64,000 nucleotides of DNA, from contig OZ218959.1 in NCBI GenBank assembly GCA_965112735.1, positions 3,100,001 through 3,164,000 of the forward strand, in the 5' to 3' direction. The position numbers were made by a program, and so were the translations under genes. The notes beneath the pieces were generated by a model. The model was not told where the DNA came from. It worked only from the letters and a program-made list of their open reading frames with translations, and did not search any database. Shown one piece after another: positions 13,484-25,528 of this stretch (its first letter is position 1; each line of letters begins with the position of its first letter). The DNA comes from Phaeosaccion multiseriatum (Eukaryota > Protista > Ochrophyta, other classes).

Positions 13484-14707
13484 ATGCCTACTTCTCTCTC
13501 ACTCCTCGTTCTTCTGTTTGGCTCCGCGTCCTACTTCAAGTCCGCCGCAGCCTTCTCCTTGTCTCCCCTATCGGCAAGAGCAAGCGTGAGAACGTCCAGA
13601 TCCCAGAGGCCAGGCCAGATCTCTGGAACGACGTCGTTCCTTCTTGCGGCACCCCTCTCATCGGCCTCGGCGTCGCCGACAGGAGGATGGACACGACCAC
13701 GAGCAAGACGCACGTCTGCACACACGATGACGATGCGCACAGGGGCATCTCCCAGCCGCTTCCTCTCGTCGGCGATGAGGAAGCTTCGATCCCCTCCTTG
13801 TTCGCTGCAAGACAAGAGCAGCAGCGGCAGGACGAGGAGTGAACGAGCCGTAGCCTCCCCCAGTACGCGTCTCGCGGCGCTTCCAGCAGCCATTCAAGGA
13901 GCCTTCTCGTCCCTTACGCCTCTCGGGCAGCAGGCGGCCCAATCTGGAGTCGTCAACACGGTGTTGGGGTCCCTCCTCGCCGTGACGGGCAAGTACAAGA
14001 GCTCGCTCACCAAGGCCGGGCTAGCGCACAGCTACCTCCTGGGCGTTGTCCTGTGGGCCTGCCTGGGGTGGCAAGGGTGGGCCACCTGCCTTGCGTACCT
14101 CATCTTTGGCTCTGCGGTGACCAAGGTCAGAATGGCGGAGAAGGAAGCCAAAGGGATAGCGGAAGGCAGAGGAGGAAGGAGAGGCCCGGAGAACGTGTGG
14201 GGCTCTGCGGCTACCGCGGCCATGTGCGCTCTCGCGGCGGTCTGGTACGGCGGGGCCTGGCAGCAGGTGTACGCACACAGTGCTAATGCCGGATACGTGG
14301 CCCTTGCCAAGCTTGGCTTCGTATCGAGTCTGGCCACCAAGTTGAGCGACACCTTTGCGAGTGAGATTGGCAAGGCCTACGGCAAGAGCACCTTCCTCAT
14401 CACCACGCTCAGGAGTGTTCCTCCAGGGACGGAGGGAGCAGTCAGTCTGGAGGGGACCCTGGCCGGGGTGGTTGGGTCGGTCATCATTGCCATGTTCGGT
14501 GTGGGAGTGGGCCTCATCTCAGGAAGGAAGGACGTGCTCGTGACCATGCTCGCGGCCTTTGTTGCCACCAACATTGAGAGCTTGCTGGGGGCCACTGTCC
14601 AGGGCAAGAAGGGGCTGGAGTGGGTGTCCAACGAGCTGATTAACTTCATCAACACGTTGTGCGGGGCGGTGGTGGCCATCGTGGTGACCATTGCTCTACG
14701 GGGCTGA
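13484..14707 (+). CDS. VTE6: DUF92/TMEM19-family membrane protein, VTE6-like phytyl-phosphate kinase, plastid-targeted, intronless
   Basis: GRRGPENVWGS, TKLSDTFASEIGKAYG, VPPGTEGAVSLEGTLAG; N-terminal signal peptide ending AAA-F followed by a S/R-rich transit peptide. Confidence 0.8.
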   Translation: MPTSLSLLVLLFGSASYFKSAAAFSLSPLSARASVRTSRSQRPGQISGTTSFLLAAPLSSASASPTGGWTRPRARRTSAHTMTMRTGASPSRFLSSAMRKLRSPPCSLQDKSSSGRTRSERAVASPSTRLAALPAAIQGAFSSLTPLGQQAAQSGVVNTVLGSLLAVTGKYKSSLTKAGLAHSYLLGVVLWACLGWQGWATCLAYLIFGSAVTKVRMAEKEAKGIAEGRGGRRGPENVWGSAATAAMCALAAVWYGGAWQQVYAHSANAGYVALAKLGFVSSLATKLSDTFASEIGKAYGKSTFLITTLRSVPPGTEGAVSLEGTLAGVVGSVIIAMFGVGVGLISGRKDVLVTMLAAFVATNIESLLGATVQGKKGLEWVSNELINFINTLCGAVVAIVVTIALRG

Positions 14708-15092
14708 TTTCGGTGTAAGCAGCAGTTAGTTCGGTAGTTATATTTATTTGAAGTATCAGTTAGTAAGTGATGCATAGGGCCGGGAGCCGCGGCAGTAGCA
14801 AGCGCCCGTTTCCCCCTTTAGGGCTTGCTTTTAAAATAGAGTCACTTTCACAACACAATACGGTAAGCTTTGTTGCCGCCGCTGAGGGGACTTTCCCCCC
14901 CCTTCTCTCCAGCACGGGCTTTCCTAATTTTAATTAACATTTAAAAAAAAAAAAATGAATAATGATCAGTGAATATGAATATTAAATGCTTGGGAATGGT
15001 GTAGGTCTCAATAAAATCTGTCTTCTTATGTTCATCTTTCCACTACATGAGCGAGCACACCCTCCCGTGGATGCCCTCCTACCAAGTGAGCT

Positions 15093-18000
15093 CTACACCC
15101 TCCACTGCCAGCACACCCCGATGACGTACGCGACGACGAGGTTTGCACATGTAAAGAGCGCGTTGAGCGACGGATGCAGGTGTGGGTAACGCTCGGGCAC
15201 GAGGGAGGCAGGCAAGAAGGCCTCGAATGCCTGTAGCACCATCATCCCCGCGCCGGACAGGCAAATGACCACCACAAAGGGGCGCCGAGGGAGCCAGCGA
15301 CCGAAGGGCCCTTGCTCGAAGGCTACCGCCTCGCCTCGGGGCTTGTGCTTGCCCGGCACGGCCGCTGCTACGAGAGGTGCCAGCCAGAAGCTCAGACACG
15401 CGTACAAGGCCTGGCAAGCCGCGTATTGGAGAATCTAGGGAGAGAGGGGGTGGGGGGGGTAAAGGCGCGGGGGTAGTTTAAGGTTAATCGGCACAAGAGC
15501 AGCGAACGTGCCCCTTCTGTTGTGTACGTCGAATCATAGAGTGCCGTCGCTTTGTACCGTCCGGGTCATACACTGAAACTGAAACTGAAATGCCTCCTCC
15601 TCTCCTACCTGGCCATCCCTGCGCAGGAGTGGTGCCATGCTAAAGCCTCCCAACAGCTGCAGCCAGGACACAACGAGAGGACTGTCCCCCCACAGCAGGC
15701 CCATGGGGGCCAGGGCCAGCAGCAGGCTCTTCTCGTGCACCTGAGGAGGGAGGGAGGGAGGGGAGGGAGGGAGGGAGGAATGGGAGGGGGAGGGAGGAGA
15801 CGGAGGGAGGAAGGGGTGTGAGGAAGGGGAGGAAGGGAGGGAGGGAGGGAGGGGAGGAAGGGAGGGAGCGAGGGGAGAAGGGAGGCAGGAAGGAAGGGAG
15901 GGAGGGAGGGAGGGGAGGGAGGGAGGGAGGGAGAGAGAAAGTGAGAGAGAGGTAGGTTTATAGGTATATAGACAAATAGGTAGGTAGGCAAGTAAGTAGG
16001 TGTAGGTGCGGTGTAGTACAGAGGAGCTCAACAAGAGGAGCAGGGAGGGCCGCGGTCTGGTCTGGTCAGGGTGGGTTCGGACTGTGGGACAGCAAACAAG
16101 TAAGCAAGCAAGCAAGGAAGCTGGCAACTCTATATACCTCATCTTCTTTGAGTTGAAACTGTACTCGACCATGTACATGCACATAACATTACGTACCTGG
16201 AAGCTGGCGAGGAAGAAGGCGAGAGCGCTGTTGTGCATGGCCAGCAGAAAGCGCCGGGTGGGGGGAAGGCCCTGTGAAGACGCGCCCTTCCGCCTCAGCA
16301 GATCAATCCCCACGGGCAGCAAGAGCAGCAAGGTGAGCCCCGTCTGAGCACAGGGACGCGAGGATGGCAGTGGATGGCGGTGGAAGGGGCGTGGGTTAGG
16401 CTGCGCGAGAGTACAGATCCACCTTAGGACTTTGGCACGGGAGGATGGCAGTGGATGGCCGTGGATGGAAGTGGATGAGACCCGACAGGGACAGGGAACA
16501 GGGCCAGAGACAGAGCCTTGGTCACCTGCGAACGAGTATTCGCGCTCCTAAAGCCCCCCAACCAAAAGGCGTAAGTAAGTCCTCGCGCTTGAGGCCAGCG
16601 ACGCGATGTCACTCTTCTCCCTCTCTCTCCCTCTCTCTGTGTCCCAGTCCCCCCCCCCCCCTCTCTCCCTCTCTCTCCTAAGAGCGCTTACCGACAGTAA
16701 CGGGAGCTGGTCAGGGTCAGCTCTCTCCCTCATATTCAGCAACACGTCGGCTGTGTACCATAGATTCCCCACCTTGTCCTCAAATAGGCCGCGGTGGAAG
16801 GGGAACTGCCGCTTGAGGACCTGCGGCGGGGGAGAGAGGGAGGCCGGGGGGGAGGGACAGAGGGAGGGAGGGAGGGAGGGAGGGAGGGAGGGACAGAGGG
16901 AGCGAGGGAGGGGGTGAGGAGGTGAGGGAAGGAGGAGGGAGGGGGTGAGGGAGGGAGGGAGGGAGGGAAGGGGGGAAGGAGGGAGAGAGAGAGGGGGGGG
17001 GAGGGCAGGGGTGCATACGGTGTTCCGTTGGCGCTTTGTTTCACCTGCTGGAGAGAATGGAGGCACTGCTTGTCGCCGGCCGGAAAGAGGCAGAACGGCC
17101 ACCACAGGGCGGCGAACGAGCAGAGCACCACCACACCAAGCTGCAGTACGCGCCAAAGGCTCCCTGCGGTAGCGTGTTGGGATAGAGCAGTCAGTCGCGT
17201 GTGGAAGCAGTGAGTGAGAGGGGGGGTAGTGGCGACAGAGAGATGGGAGACAGAGGCTCATGAAATAAGGTCAGAGAGAAGGTGGCACACAAGCGGGCTC
17301 GGGACATGTCTGCTGTATTTGGTAGGGGTATGGGGTCTACAATGGACTACAATCAATAATCAGGTACCGTTATGGGTCTACAATGGACTACAATCAATAA
17401 TCTGGTAACGGTATGGGTCTACAATGGACTACAATCCGAGCCCTTAAAGGCGCAGCTTTTTGCCTTTTCCACTGCATACATACATGGTCGTCCTCCCGCC
17501 CCTCAAACCCACCCCCACATCTCAACACTCTCTCCCTGCACGCACACACACACACCCACGCACACACCCACGCACACACACAAACACACGCACACGCATA
17601 CAAGAGTATGAGAGCTCTCATGTCGGCAAAAAGGCGGTCTATCCTCTGACGCTCGCTCACTCACTCACTCACTCACTCGCTCACTCGCTCACTTGCTCAG
17701 TCACTCAGTCACTCACTCACCAAAGGGGAAGGCATGCTTCCTCAGACTCTGGTTGAGGAGGAAGAAGAAAAACACAGGCGCGTAATACAGTGCCATTTGC
17801 TTGAAATTCAGCGCAAGGCAAAAGAGCACGCTGCCGAGCATATCTTCAGGGATGGCAGCGGATGGGAGGGGAGGGGAGGGGAGGGGAGGGGAGCACGAGG
17901 GAGGGAGAGAGAGAGAGAGTGATGAGGGTGAGTGGAGCAAACAAGCCACCCAAGGACGCGGGAATAAACTCCAGAGTCTAACACCCGCCGCACCAAGACG

Positions 18001-18936
18001 CGTATCGACCCATCCATCGTGCAATCCTACCAGCCCTCAGTGTGTTTTACTTTCTCCCTGCGCTGCTGTGCCCTTCGCCCTCCACCCCCACTCACCATAC
18101 CCGCTGCAAACGGCGGCCGCAGCTCCCAACGCTAGGCCCAGACAGGTGGAATTGTACTGAAAGTGCCCATGGTCGATGAGCAGTAGCGCCGGCTGGAGCA
18201 GCACCAGCAGCAGCACCCACGGAGAGCATGAGAGAGAGGCCTTGGCCTTGCCCTTTCCCTTTCCCTTGCCCTTTCCCTTTCCCTTGCCATTGCCCCTGAT
18301 ACGGCCACTGCCACAGTGCAGAATGGCCAGCAGCGCGACGACCGCGGGGAGGTAGACGAGCGCCTCGGTGGCCAGGACCGTACCTCGCATAAACAGTTTG
18401 TGCTCGGTGGTTTCGAATCCCCGGCTCGCCGAGAGAGCCATGGAGGAGGGGTCTAGGAGGGCGGACAGCCTTCCGCACACCCAGCTCACGTAGGCGGTCA
18501 GGGGAGGGTAGTCCAAGCCCCAGTACGGCAAGTCGTACCTGCAGCGAGGGGAAGGAGGAGGTGGGGGGGGGGGTGCGTAGGTGTGAAGAACAAGGGAGTA
18601 CAAGTTGAGGGAGGATAATGCGCTGAGGAAAGTTCTTGACACCCACATATCATTCCCAAAACTGCTCCCAATGACGCACCAATACCATTCCCCGACGGGC
18701 AGGGCGGTGGTGAGCTCCATCCAGTGGCGCTGCGCCTCGTAGTCGCCGAAGGTTGGCGGCACGCCCTCCCCCGAGTACCCACCCCGGGCCACAAGCAGGC
18801 GCACGAGCAAGGCCAGCACGAGAATTAAGGATAGAGGAGGATCCAGCAACTGGAATACGCCCTCCTCTACTTTTGCTTTGCCTCCCTCCTGCTGGCTGCT
18901 CTGCGGCTCCTCCTGGCGGGAAAGTGCAGTCGGCAT
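15093..18936 (-). CDS. ALG6: Dolichyl-P-Glc alpha-1,3-glucosyltransferase ALG6 (~563 aa); exons 18936-18680, 18538-18096, 17843-17721, 17163-17045, 16820-16692, 16343-16197, 15740-15609, 15434-15093
   Basis: PPTFGDYEAQRHWMELT, YWGLDYPPLTAY, LIDHGHFQYN, ALNFKQMALYYAP, FPFHRGLFEDKV, FQVHEKS; junctions in phase. Confidence 0.92.
17321..17436. repeat. Three tandem copies of a ~41-bp unit in an ALG6 intron
   Basis: Core TATGGG(G)TCTACAATGGACTACAATC occurs three times, 41-42 bp apart. Confidence 0.9.
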
Positions 18937-19458
18937 TTGCGCATCCAAGCGCTGACGGGAAAGCACAAGATACGGTCGGACCGGCCTGCGTAAGCGGCGC
19001 TTACGGCTTCTATAAGGAGAGCTTCCGCAATCGCATCATTCCCCGCGGCAGACCGGCTGGCCGACCACAGACCGCCTTCCTTTTCCCCAGGAACTCTTTT
19101 CGCTTGGATGAATATATTCCCCAGCTGTTCTTGCCCTCGCAGCTTCCGCACTCCTGTCCCTCAGTTGCCTTGGTCCCGGGATCAGCTGCCACGGGCGTGT
19201 AATCGCTCCAACCCTCACTGCTCGACACACCACACACCAATGAAACAATAACAAATACGATCAACGGGTAAACGGAAGCATATAGGACGGCGCCAACTGT
19301 GACTCCGCGGCGCACCAACTTGCCAGCGCCGAAACACCACCTCACACCGGTTGACTCACATGTGAAAATGATGCGTGCCTTTTCAGAAAAACGCACACAC
19401 CCTCCTTCCCTACCACAAACACATTATAAATTAAAGCAACCCCATCCAAGGAATTAAT

Positions 19459-20307
19459 ATGAAGACCGCCACCATTGCTTGTGCGCTGGGCGTGACCCTG
19501 TCTGGGGTTTCGGGCTTTATGGTGCCCACTGGCCTGCCCGCCGTGGCCAGGACTAACGGCAGGACCGGCCTGCGAATGAGCGAGGGGGTTGAGGGCGCCG
19601 TGGAGGAGGTCGTGGGTGCGGTAGAAGAGGCTGTGGAGGAGGTGGCTCCGGTAGCTCCGGTAATGCCCGAGGCGCCCCGAGTCGTGGGAACCAGCGCCGC
19701 ACTGCCCTTCATGGACCGCCCCAGTGTGTTGGACTCCGTGGCACTGGCCGGCGACTCCGGCTTCGACCCCTTCGGACTCGCCAAGGACACCAAGACGCTG
19801 TTGTTCATGCGAGAGGCCGAGATCAAGCACTGCCGCCTGGCGATGCTGGCCGCGGCGGGCTGGCCGCTTGCCGAGCTCTTCGACAAGAGCATCGCGGGGG
19901 CGTTGGGTGTGTCACCCGCCCCCATCGAGGTCACCGCCGGCCTCAGCCCCAGCTTGCTGAACGGCGGCCTCGGGCAGATCTCTCCCCTGTACTGGGGCTT
20001 CGTGCTTGGGCTGTCTTCGGCCGTCGAGATTTACGAGAGGAAGGTCAAGGCCGACTCGGCGGACCACATCGCCGGTGACCTCGGCTTCGATCCCTTTGGA
20101 CTGTACCCTACCGATGCTGCGGGCCAAATGACGATGAGGACGAAGGAGATCAAGAACGGACGCATGGCGATGGTGGCGATTGTCCTCTTCGCGGCACAAG
20201 AGTTCCTCTTCAGCACCCCTGTGTCGGAGGGCAGTTCGGTGTTCTTCAAGCCCCTGCCCCAGGTGCTGGGCGACTACTTCCAGAGCATGAACACATTCCT
20301 GCAGTAG
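19459..20307 (+). CDS. Light-harvesting chlorophyll a/c-binding (LHC/FCP) protein, probably Lhcz subfamily, intronless
   Basis: GDSGFDPFGL, REAEIKHCRLAMLA, GDLGFDPFGL, KEIKNGRMAM; GWPLAELF..PSLLNGGL segment is Lhcz-like; signal peptide ending SG-F. Confidence 0.93.
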   Translation: MKTATIACALGVTLSGVSGFMVPTGLPAVARTNGRTGLRMSEGVEGAVEEVVGAVEEAVEEVAPVAPVMPEAPRVVGTSAALPFMDRPSVLDSVALAGDSGFDPFGLAKDTKTLLFMREAEIKHCRLAMLAAAGWPLAELFDKSIAGALGVSPAPIEVTAGLSPSLLNGGLGQISPLYWGFVLGLSSAVEIYERKVKADSADHIAGDLGFDPFGLYPTDAAGQMTMRTKEIKNGRMAMVAIVLFAAQEFLFSTPVSEGSSVFFKPLPQVLGDYFQSMNTFLQ

Positions 20308-21501
20308 ATGTACACACATATAGAGAGACGAGAGCATGGAATGTACAGCTGGAATGTACATAGTATAGCAGTACCTTACGATAGAAGCTCTGTTTGTATA
20401 ACGCAATACAATTTTGAAATCAACACCAACAACTCTTTTTATTTACATAAGCGGGGGAGGAGGATGAGTGCACGTGTGTACTACGGATGTGAGACTAGAC
20501 GCGAGAGGTATGAACAGTCTAGGATGAGACCACACATATGACCCTTCTCAGCCTGTGTGGAGGGGAGGCCACCAGACACACTCACACACCATTGCAAGGC
20601 GAGGAGAGATGGGCACAAAGAGCAAGGCGTGCGTCCGTACCGCAGTCGTCACGTCCGAACCCACAATCAACAGAATCAATTCCAAGCGAGCACCAGGGCA
20701 CTCGGGAGCCGCGTGGGCAGAGGCTGGCCGAGTGGATGGAACAAGGCCTATAGAGGGGAAGGTAGGGTGGTCAGAGAGGTGGCGGGCCCGCGGTCATTCC
20801 AAGTCTTTCTGAAGTGGGGTGGCACTTTGCCAATACGTAAGTTACGTAAACTAGCGAGAGTATGTAGCGACCACGGACGCACGCACGCACGCACACAGAC
20901 AAGTGGCAGACAGCAGCTAAGTGTATAGGCAAGTCAAACAAAGGCAAGAGGGCATCAGCACCCCCCCCAGAAGAAAAGTCGATTCCAAGAGAGCGCCAGG
21001 GCACTCGAGAGCCACGAAGGCACAGGCTGGTGACCCGAACATCTCTGCCGCAGAGATGAAGGCACGAAGCTTGCCGATCATGGTAAGGAGGGATTAGTCT
21101 GAAGGGCCGCGTCGTCGGTGGGAGTGGTGGACCAGTTAGCGAATCAGGGGGTCGGCGCGGTCGGCCGCCCATGGGCCCGTTGGTTGCAAAGATCAAAGGG
21201 GTGAAGGAGGCGAGCGTGGCCACCCAAAGGGGGAGGGTGAATTGGTTTTGAGAACTGTGGCGACACTCAGGTGGGCCCGATGGTAGCTGGAAGAGTCGAT
21301 GTCAGTGACACGCAAATAACATTTACTCTTTGCGCCCCCGGTCGGACACCCCTCGCGCGCTCGGAAGCCGGCCACGTCGCCAAGCGAGCTTGCTTGCCTC
21401 AATTGGGCCCGACAATTTTGATACCCAATTTTCGCCCCGTCCCCCCTGGATTTCTGGCTCTGTATGAGCCATCCAGTTCCCCACGATATATTTCTAACAA
21501 C

Positions 21502-24500
21502 ATGAAGGTGAGGGAGAGGGAAGAGAGAGGAAGACAAGGGGCTGTAGGGGAGAAGAGGAGAAGGAGTGTCTGCTTGTCATCGCTGGAGTGGCTTGGACGG
21601 AAGAGGCCGTGGGAAAGATGGAACGTAGGGGCCGGAAGGTGCTTACGCATGTGTATCCAACAGACCTCCCTTCCTCCCTTGGCTCTCACACTCGAGGCAA
21701 CCATTTGCGGCTGCTGCAATTGCGCCCACTTGTTCTCACACGACTGCTCTATCACTTCTGTGCCCTTGCGTGCTGCCTCTCTTGCTGACGTGTTGTTGCA
21801 GTTTGCTGCTGCTTTCCTGTCCCTCGGGCTCCTCTCCTATGAGGCGGCAGCCTTTGCCCCGGCCATTAGGGCCACGGCCCTGGCACCCAAGGCCATTAGG
21901 TCAAAGGCTACGCAGGCGTCGCGCACCAGCAGCATGCTGAAGATGTCGGTGTCTGCTGAGCTCGAGACGGAGGCGCTGAGCCGGGTAAGAGAAACGCACT
22001 TTGTTCCTTTGCTTTGGGAGGAGAGGGAGGGTCCATTATTTGCTGTGCCATAAATGCAGAGGGCCTTGGTGCGGCTGTGGCAGAGATGCTGCCACAGCAG
22101 AAGCAGCCGCAGTCAGAGGCGGCAGAGAGCAGAAGTGGCGGCTAGCTGTGGATGGAGGAACTTTGGATTCAGCACAGCAGAGCTGGATATGCATACGTAC
22201 ATGCGTGTGGCTTTGCAGCCTGCGTTGCGTCCACTCTACGATTTGCCTGGCTTTGGGCTTGAGATGCAACCTGCGTGGCATGCACTCTAACACTCTATAG
22301 GCAAATGGGTGCCTGTCTGGTTGCTCGCGGTTGAGGTGCCCGTCGATGGTGTATGAGGAAGGGGAGGGAAGGCCCATGGGGAGCTTACGTCTTGCCAAGG
22401 AGCCTTGCCGAGCGACGGGGGTGCACAAGTGGAGTTCTCCACTACCTTCCTATGGTTGCCCTGCTTACTCATCACCGCACACTTCCAAGCTTGCAACCTT
22501 GCCACGATAGCGCTTGTTCTCACGCCTTGTGTGTCTCTCCCCCCCTCCCGCCCTTCGTTTCCCTTCGCTTTCCTCCTCCCTTCCCCCTTCCATACCCGCC
22601 CCATCGTCTCTCCTCCTCCCCGCCACCACACGTACACCACCAACACCACCCACCACCCCTGTGATCCTGTCTCTAAACAAACAATCAAAACACTCAGATG
22701 GCGACTGAGGCACGTGGAATCGCCATGGACTCCATCACCAAGGCCCAGTCCGGGCACTTGGGTCTTCCTCTGGGCTGCGCAGAGATTGGCGCCGTCCTCT
22801 ACGGAACCGAGGGCGGACTCGTCTACAACCCCGAGGAGCCCAACTGGATCAACAGGGACCGTTTCGTCTTGTCCGCTGGCCACGGCTCCATGTTTGTGTA
22901 CACCTGGCTGCACCTTGCCGGCTACGACCTGCCCATGGACGAGGTGAAGAACTTCCGTCAGCACCACTCCATGACCCCCGGACACCCCGAGTTCCCCAAC
23001 TCCGAGCACAACACGCCCGGCATTGAGTCCACCACCGGACCCCTCGGACAGGGAGTGGCCAACGCAGCGGGTATGGCCGCGGCTGCCAAGATGGCGGCTG
23101 CCAAGTACAACACCCCCGAGCACGAGATCTTCTCCAACACCATTGTGGCGCTGTGCGGTGACGGGTGCATGCAGGAGGGTGTCTCCTCGGAGACGGCGTG
23201 CTTTGCGGCCCACGAGGGTCTGGACAACCTGGTGATTGTGTTTGACTCCAACGATGTCACGCTCGACAAGATGGCCGAGTTCACGCAGTCGGAGGACATT
23301 GGCAAGCGTTACGAGGCGTACGGATGGAACGTCGTCACCATTGACGGACACGACCTCAAGGCGGTGTCCGACGCTGTGGCCACGGCCAAGACGGCAAGGA
23401 ACGGAAAGCCTTGGCTGGTGATTGCCAAGACTGTCATTGGCAAGGGCATCGAGGCGATTGAGGGCACCAACGCGGCGCACGGAGAGGCTGGAGTCAAGTA
23501 CACGGATGACGCAAAGGCGGCCATGGGACTGCCCCTCGATGGATGGTACGTGTCGGAGGAGACGCGTGAGTACTTCGCCAAGAACACGGCGTCCCTCAAG
23601 AGCAAGTACAGCGAGTGGGAGGCCATGTACGGTGACTGGAAGAAGGCCAACCCCGAGCTGGCCCAGAGCCTACAGGACTCCATCGACAAGAAGGTGCCCA
23701 CCTGGGACGAGCTCAGCGCTTCCATGCCCGAGTTTGAGAACAAGGACATTGCCACGCGTGAGGCCGGAGCCACCGCCCTGCAGGGCATTGCTTCCGTGGT
23801 GCCCAACTACGTCTCTGGATCCGCCGATTTGCACGGCTCCAACAAGAACTACATTGCGGGCGGAGGAGACTTTGGCGTCAACTTTGGCAAGTCCTACACT
23901 GGCCGAAACTTCTACTACGGCATCCGCGAGCACGGCATGGGAGCTATCCTCAACGGCATCAACTACTTTGGCCTCTTCCGCGCCTCCGGATCCACCTTCC
24001 TTGTCTTTGTTGACTACATGCGCGCCACCCTCCGAGTGGCCGCCCTGGCCGAGCTGCCCGTCGGTTACATCCTGACCCACGACTCCATCGGTGTCGGAGA
24101 GGACGGACCCACCCATCAGCCCGTGGAGACGGTTTCCGGTCTGCGTGTCATGCCCAACTTGGATGTGATCCGACCCGCCGACTCGGAGGAGACCGCCGGT
24201 GCCTTTGCGTGCCACATTGAGCGACAGGATGGCCCCACGGCCCTCATCCTCACCCGCCAGAACGTCAAGCAGCTGAGCGACGTGCCCGCCAAGACGCGAA
24301 GGGAGGGAGTGCGCAGCGGTGGCTACATTGTCAAGAAGGAGGAGGGAGACCTTGAGCTGATCATCCTGGCCGCAGGATCTGAGGTGCAGTACGCCTACGA
24401 GGCAGCGGAGAAGCTCGGCAAGGGCGTGCGAGTGGTGTCCATGCCCTCAATGTTCCGATTCGACAAGCAGAGCGACGAGTACAAGGAGTCAGTGCTGCCC

Positions 24501-24692
24501 AAGTCGTGCACGACGCGAGTCGCCATGGAGGCGGGAGTGAGCGGTCTGTGGCACAAGTATGTGGGTTTCGAGGGTGAGATTTTGGCTGTGGACAAGTTTG
24601 GCATCTCCGCCCCTGGAGACACTGTGTTTAAGGAGTACAAGATGACCACCAAGGACCTCCTGGAGGTGTGCGAAAAGGCCATGAAGAAGTAA
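21502..24692 (+). CDS. TKL: Plastid transketolase (~727 aa); exons 21502-21507, 21802-21984, 22698-24692
   Basis: SGHLG, NRDRFVLSAGHGSM, TTGPLGQG, TPP motif GDGCMQEG..N, YGIREHGM, THDSIGVGEDGPTHQP; spliced N-terminus MKFAAAFLSLGLLSYEAAAFAP is a signal peptide plus ASAFAP motif. Confidence 0.95.
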
Positions 24693-25528
24693 GCGGAGCA
24701 GCTTGCAGAGAAAAGACACTAATAGGCAGATAGCACTTGCTGGACTTGGCGAAGCTAAGCGAAGCGGAGGGAAGTAGAGAGGAGGGGAGGAACATTTATA
24801 GACGCGTCACCCATTTTAGTTGGAAAATAAAACATCGTGTTACATACAGAGAATTGGGTTGGGGAAAAGCAGCTATTTCTTTATTTGAATACCGTGTGAA
24901 TCCCGTTGCTCTACTCTGCATGTGGTACTGACGCTGCTTGTCCTTCGAGGAAAGCATGTCGCGTGCTACAGCACAGACGTTGACTCGCTCCAACCTGGCG
25001 GCGCGACAAGAGAAGGGCAAGTTCCCTACTACACAGCCCACAGAGCTTGATCCCATGACTTGACCCCTCAGGCTGGGTGTGGTGTGTTGCCCCTTGTTGG
25101 GGGAAGGCCCGATCAGCACAGAATGCGCGGTCAGAAGCCTCGGTCGCCCTTTCCGATCCGTTTCAGTCTCAGTGTATCAGACTCTGTCGACACCCTGCTC
25201 ACTCCCGCCCTCTTTCTCTCACTCAAATCTCTTTGGGCCTTTGGCTCTCTGGCATACAGTCCTGCCTCCTCTCCCGTTCCGCTCTCTCGGTCTCGCACTC
25301 TCGCCCTCCTCTCATGCTTCTGGCTCGCCCACGCGCTCGCCAGCGCCCCCTCCCGTGCTCCTGTGCTTCCGCTCTCTCTGACAACCTGTCGTGCCCCCCC
25401 CCCTCTCCCTCCCGCCCTCTCGCACTCCCGGTGTCTCTCGCTCTTGCTTGCTCGGGCGCTCTCTCTCTGGAGTTCGCGTGTTCCCACTCTCGCTCGGTCC
25501 TCTTACTAAATCGAAACTGATACTGCAC

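Noticed and set aside
17321-17436. Mini-CRISPR (constant core + variable linker)
   Set aside because: Variable part is only a few bases and related between copies; simple tandem triplication
21508-22697. TPP riboswitch in transketolase introns
   Set aside because: No CTGAGA...ACCTGAT...GGGAA core found by eye; an Rfam scan would be definitive
22287-23480. 397-aa antisense ORF over transketolase
   Set aside because: Shadow ORF from strong GC3 codon bias
25013-25095. Imperfect hairpin as an H/ACA snoRNA or miRNA precursor
   Set aside because: Pairing is patchy and no clear H or ACA box arrangement can be supported
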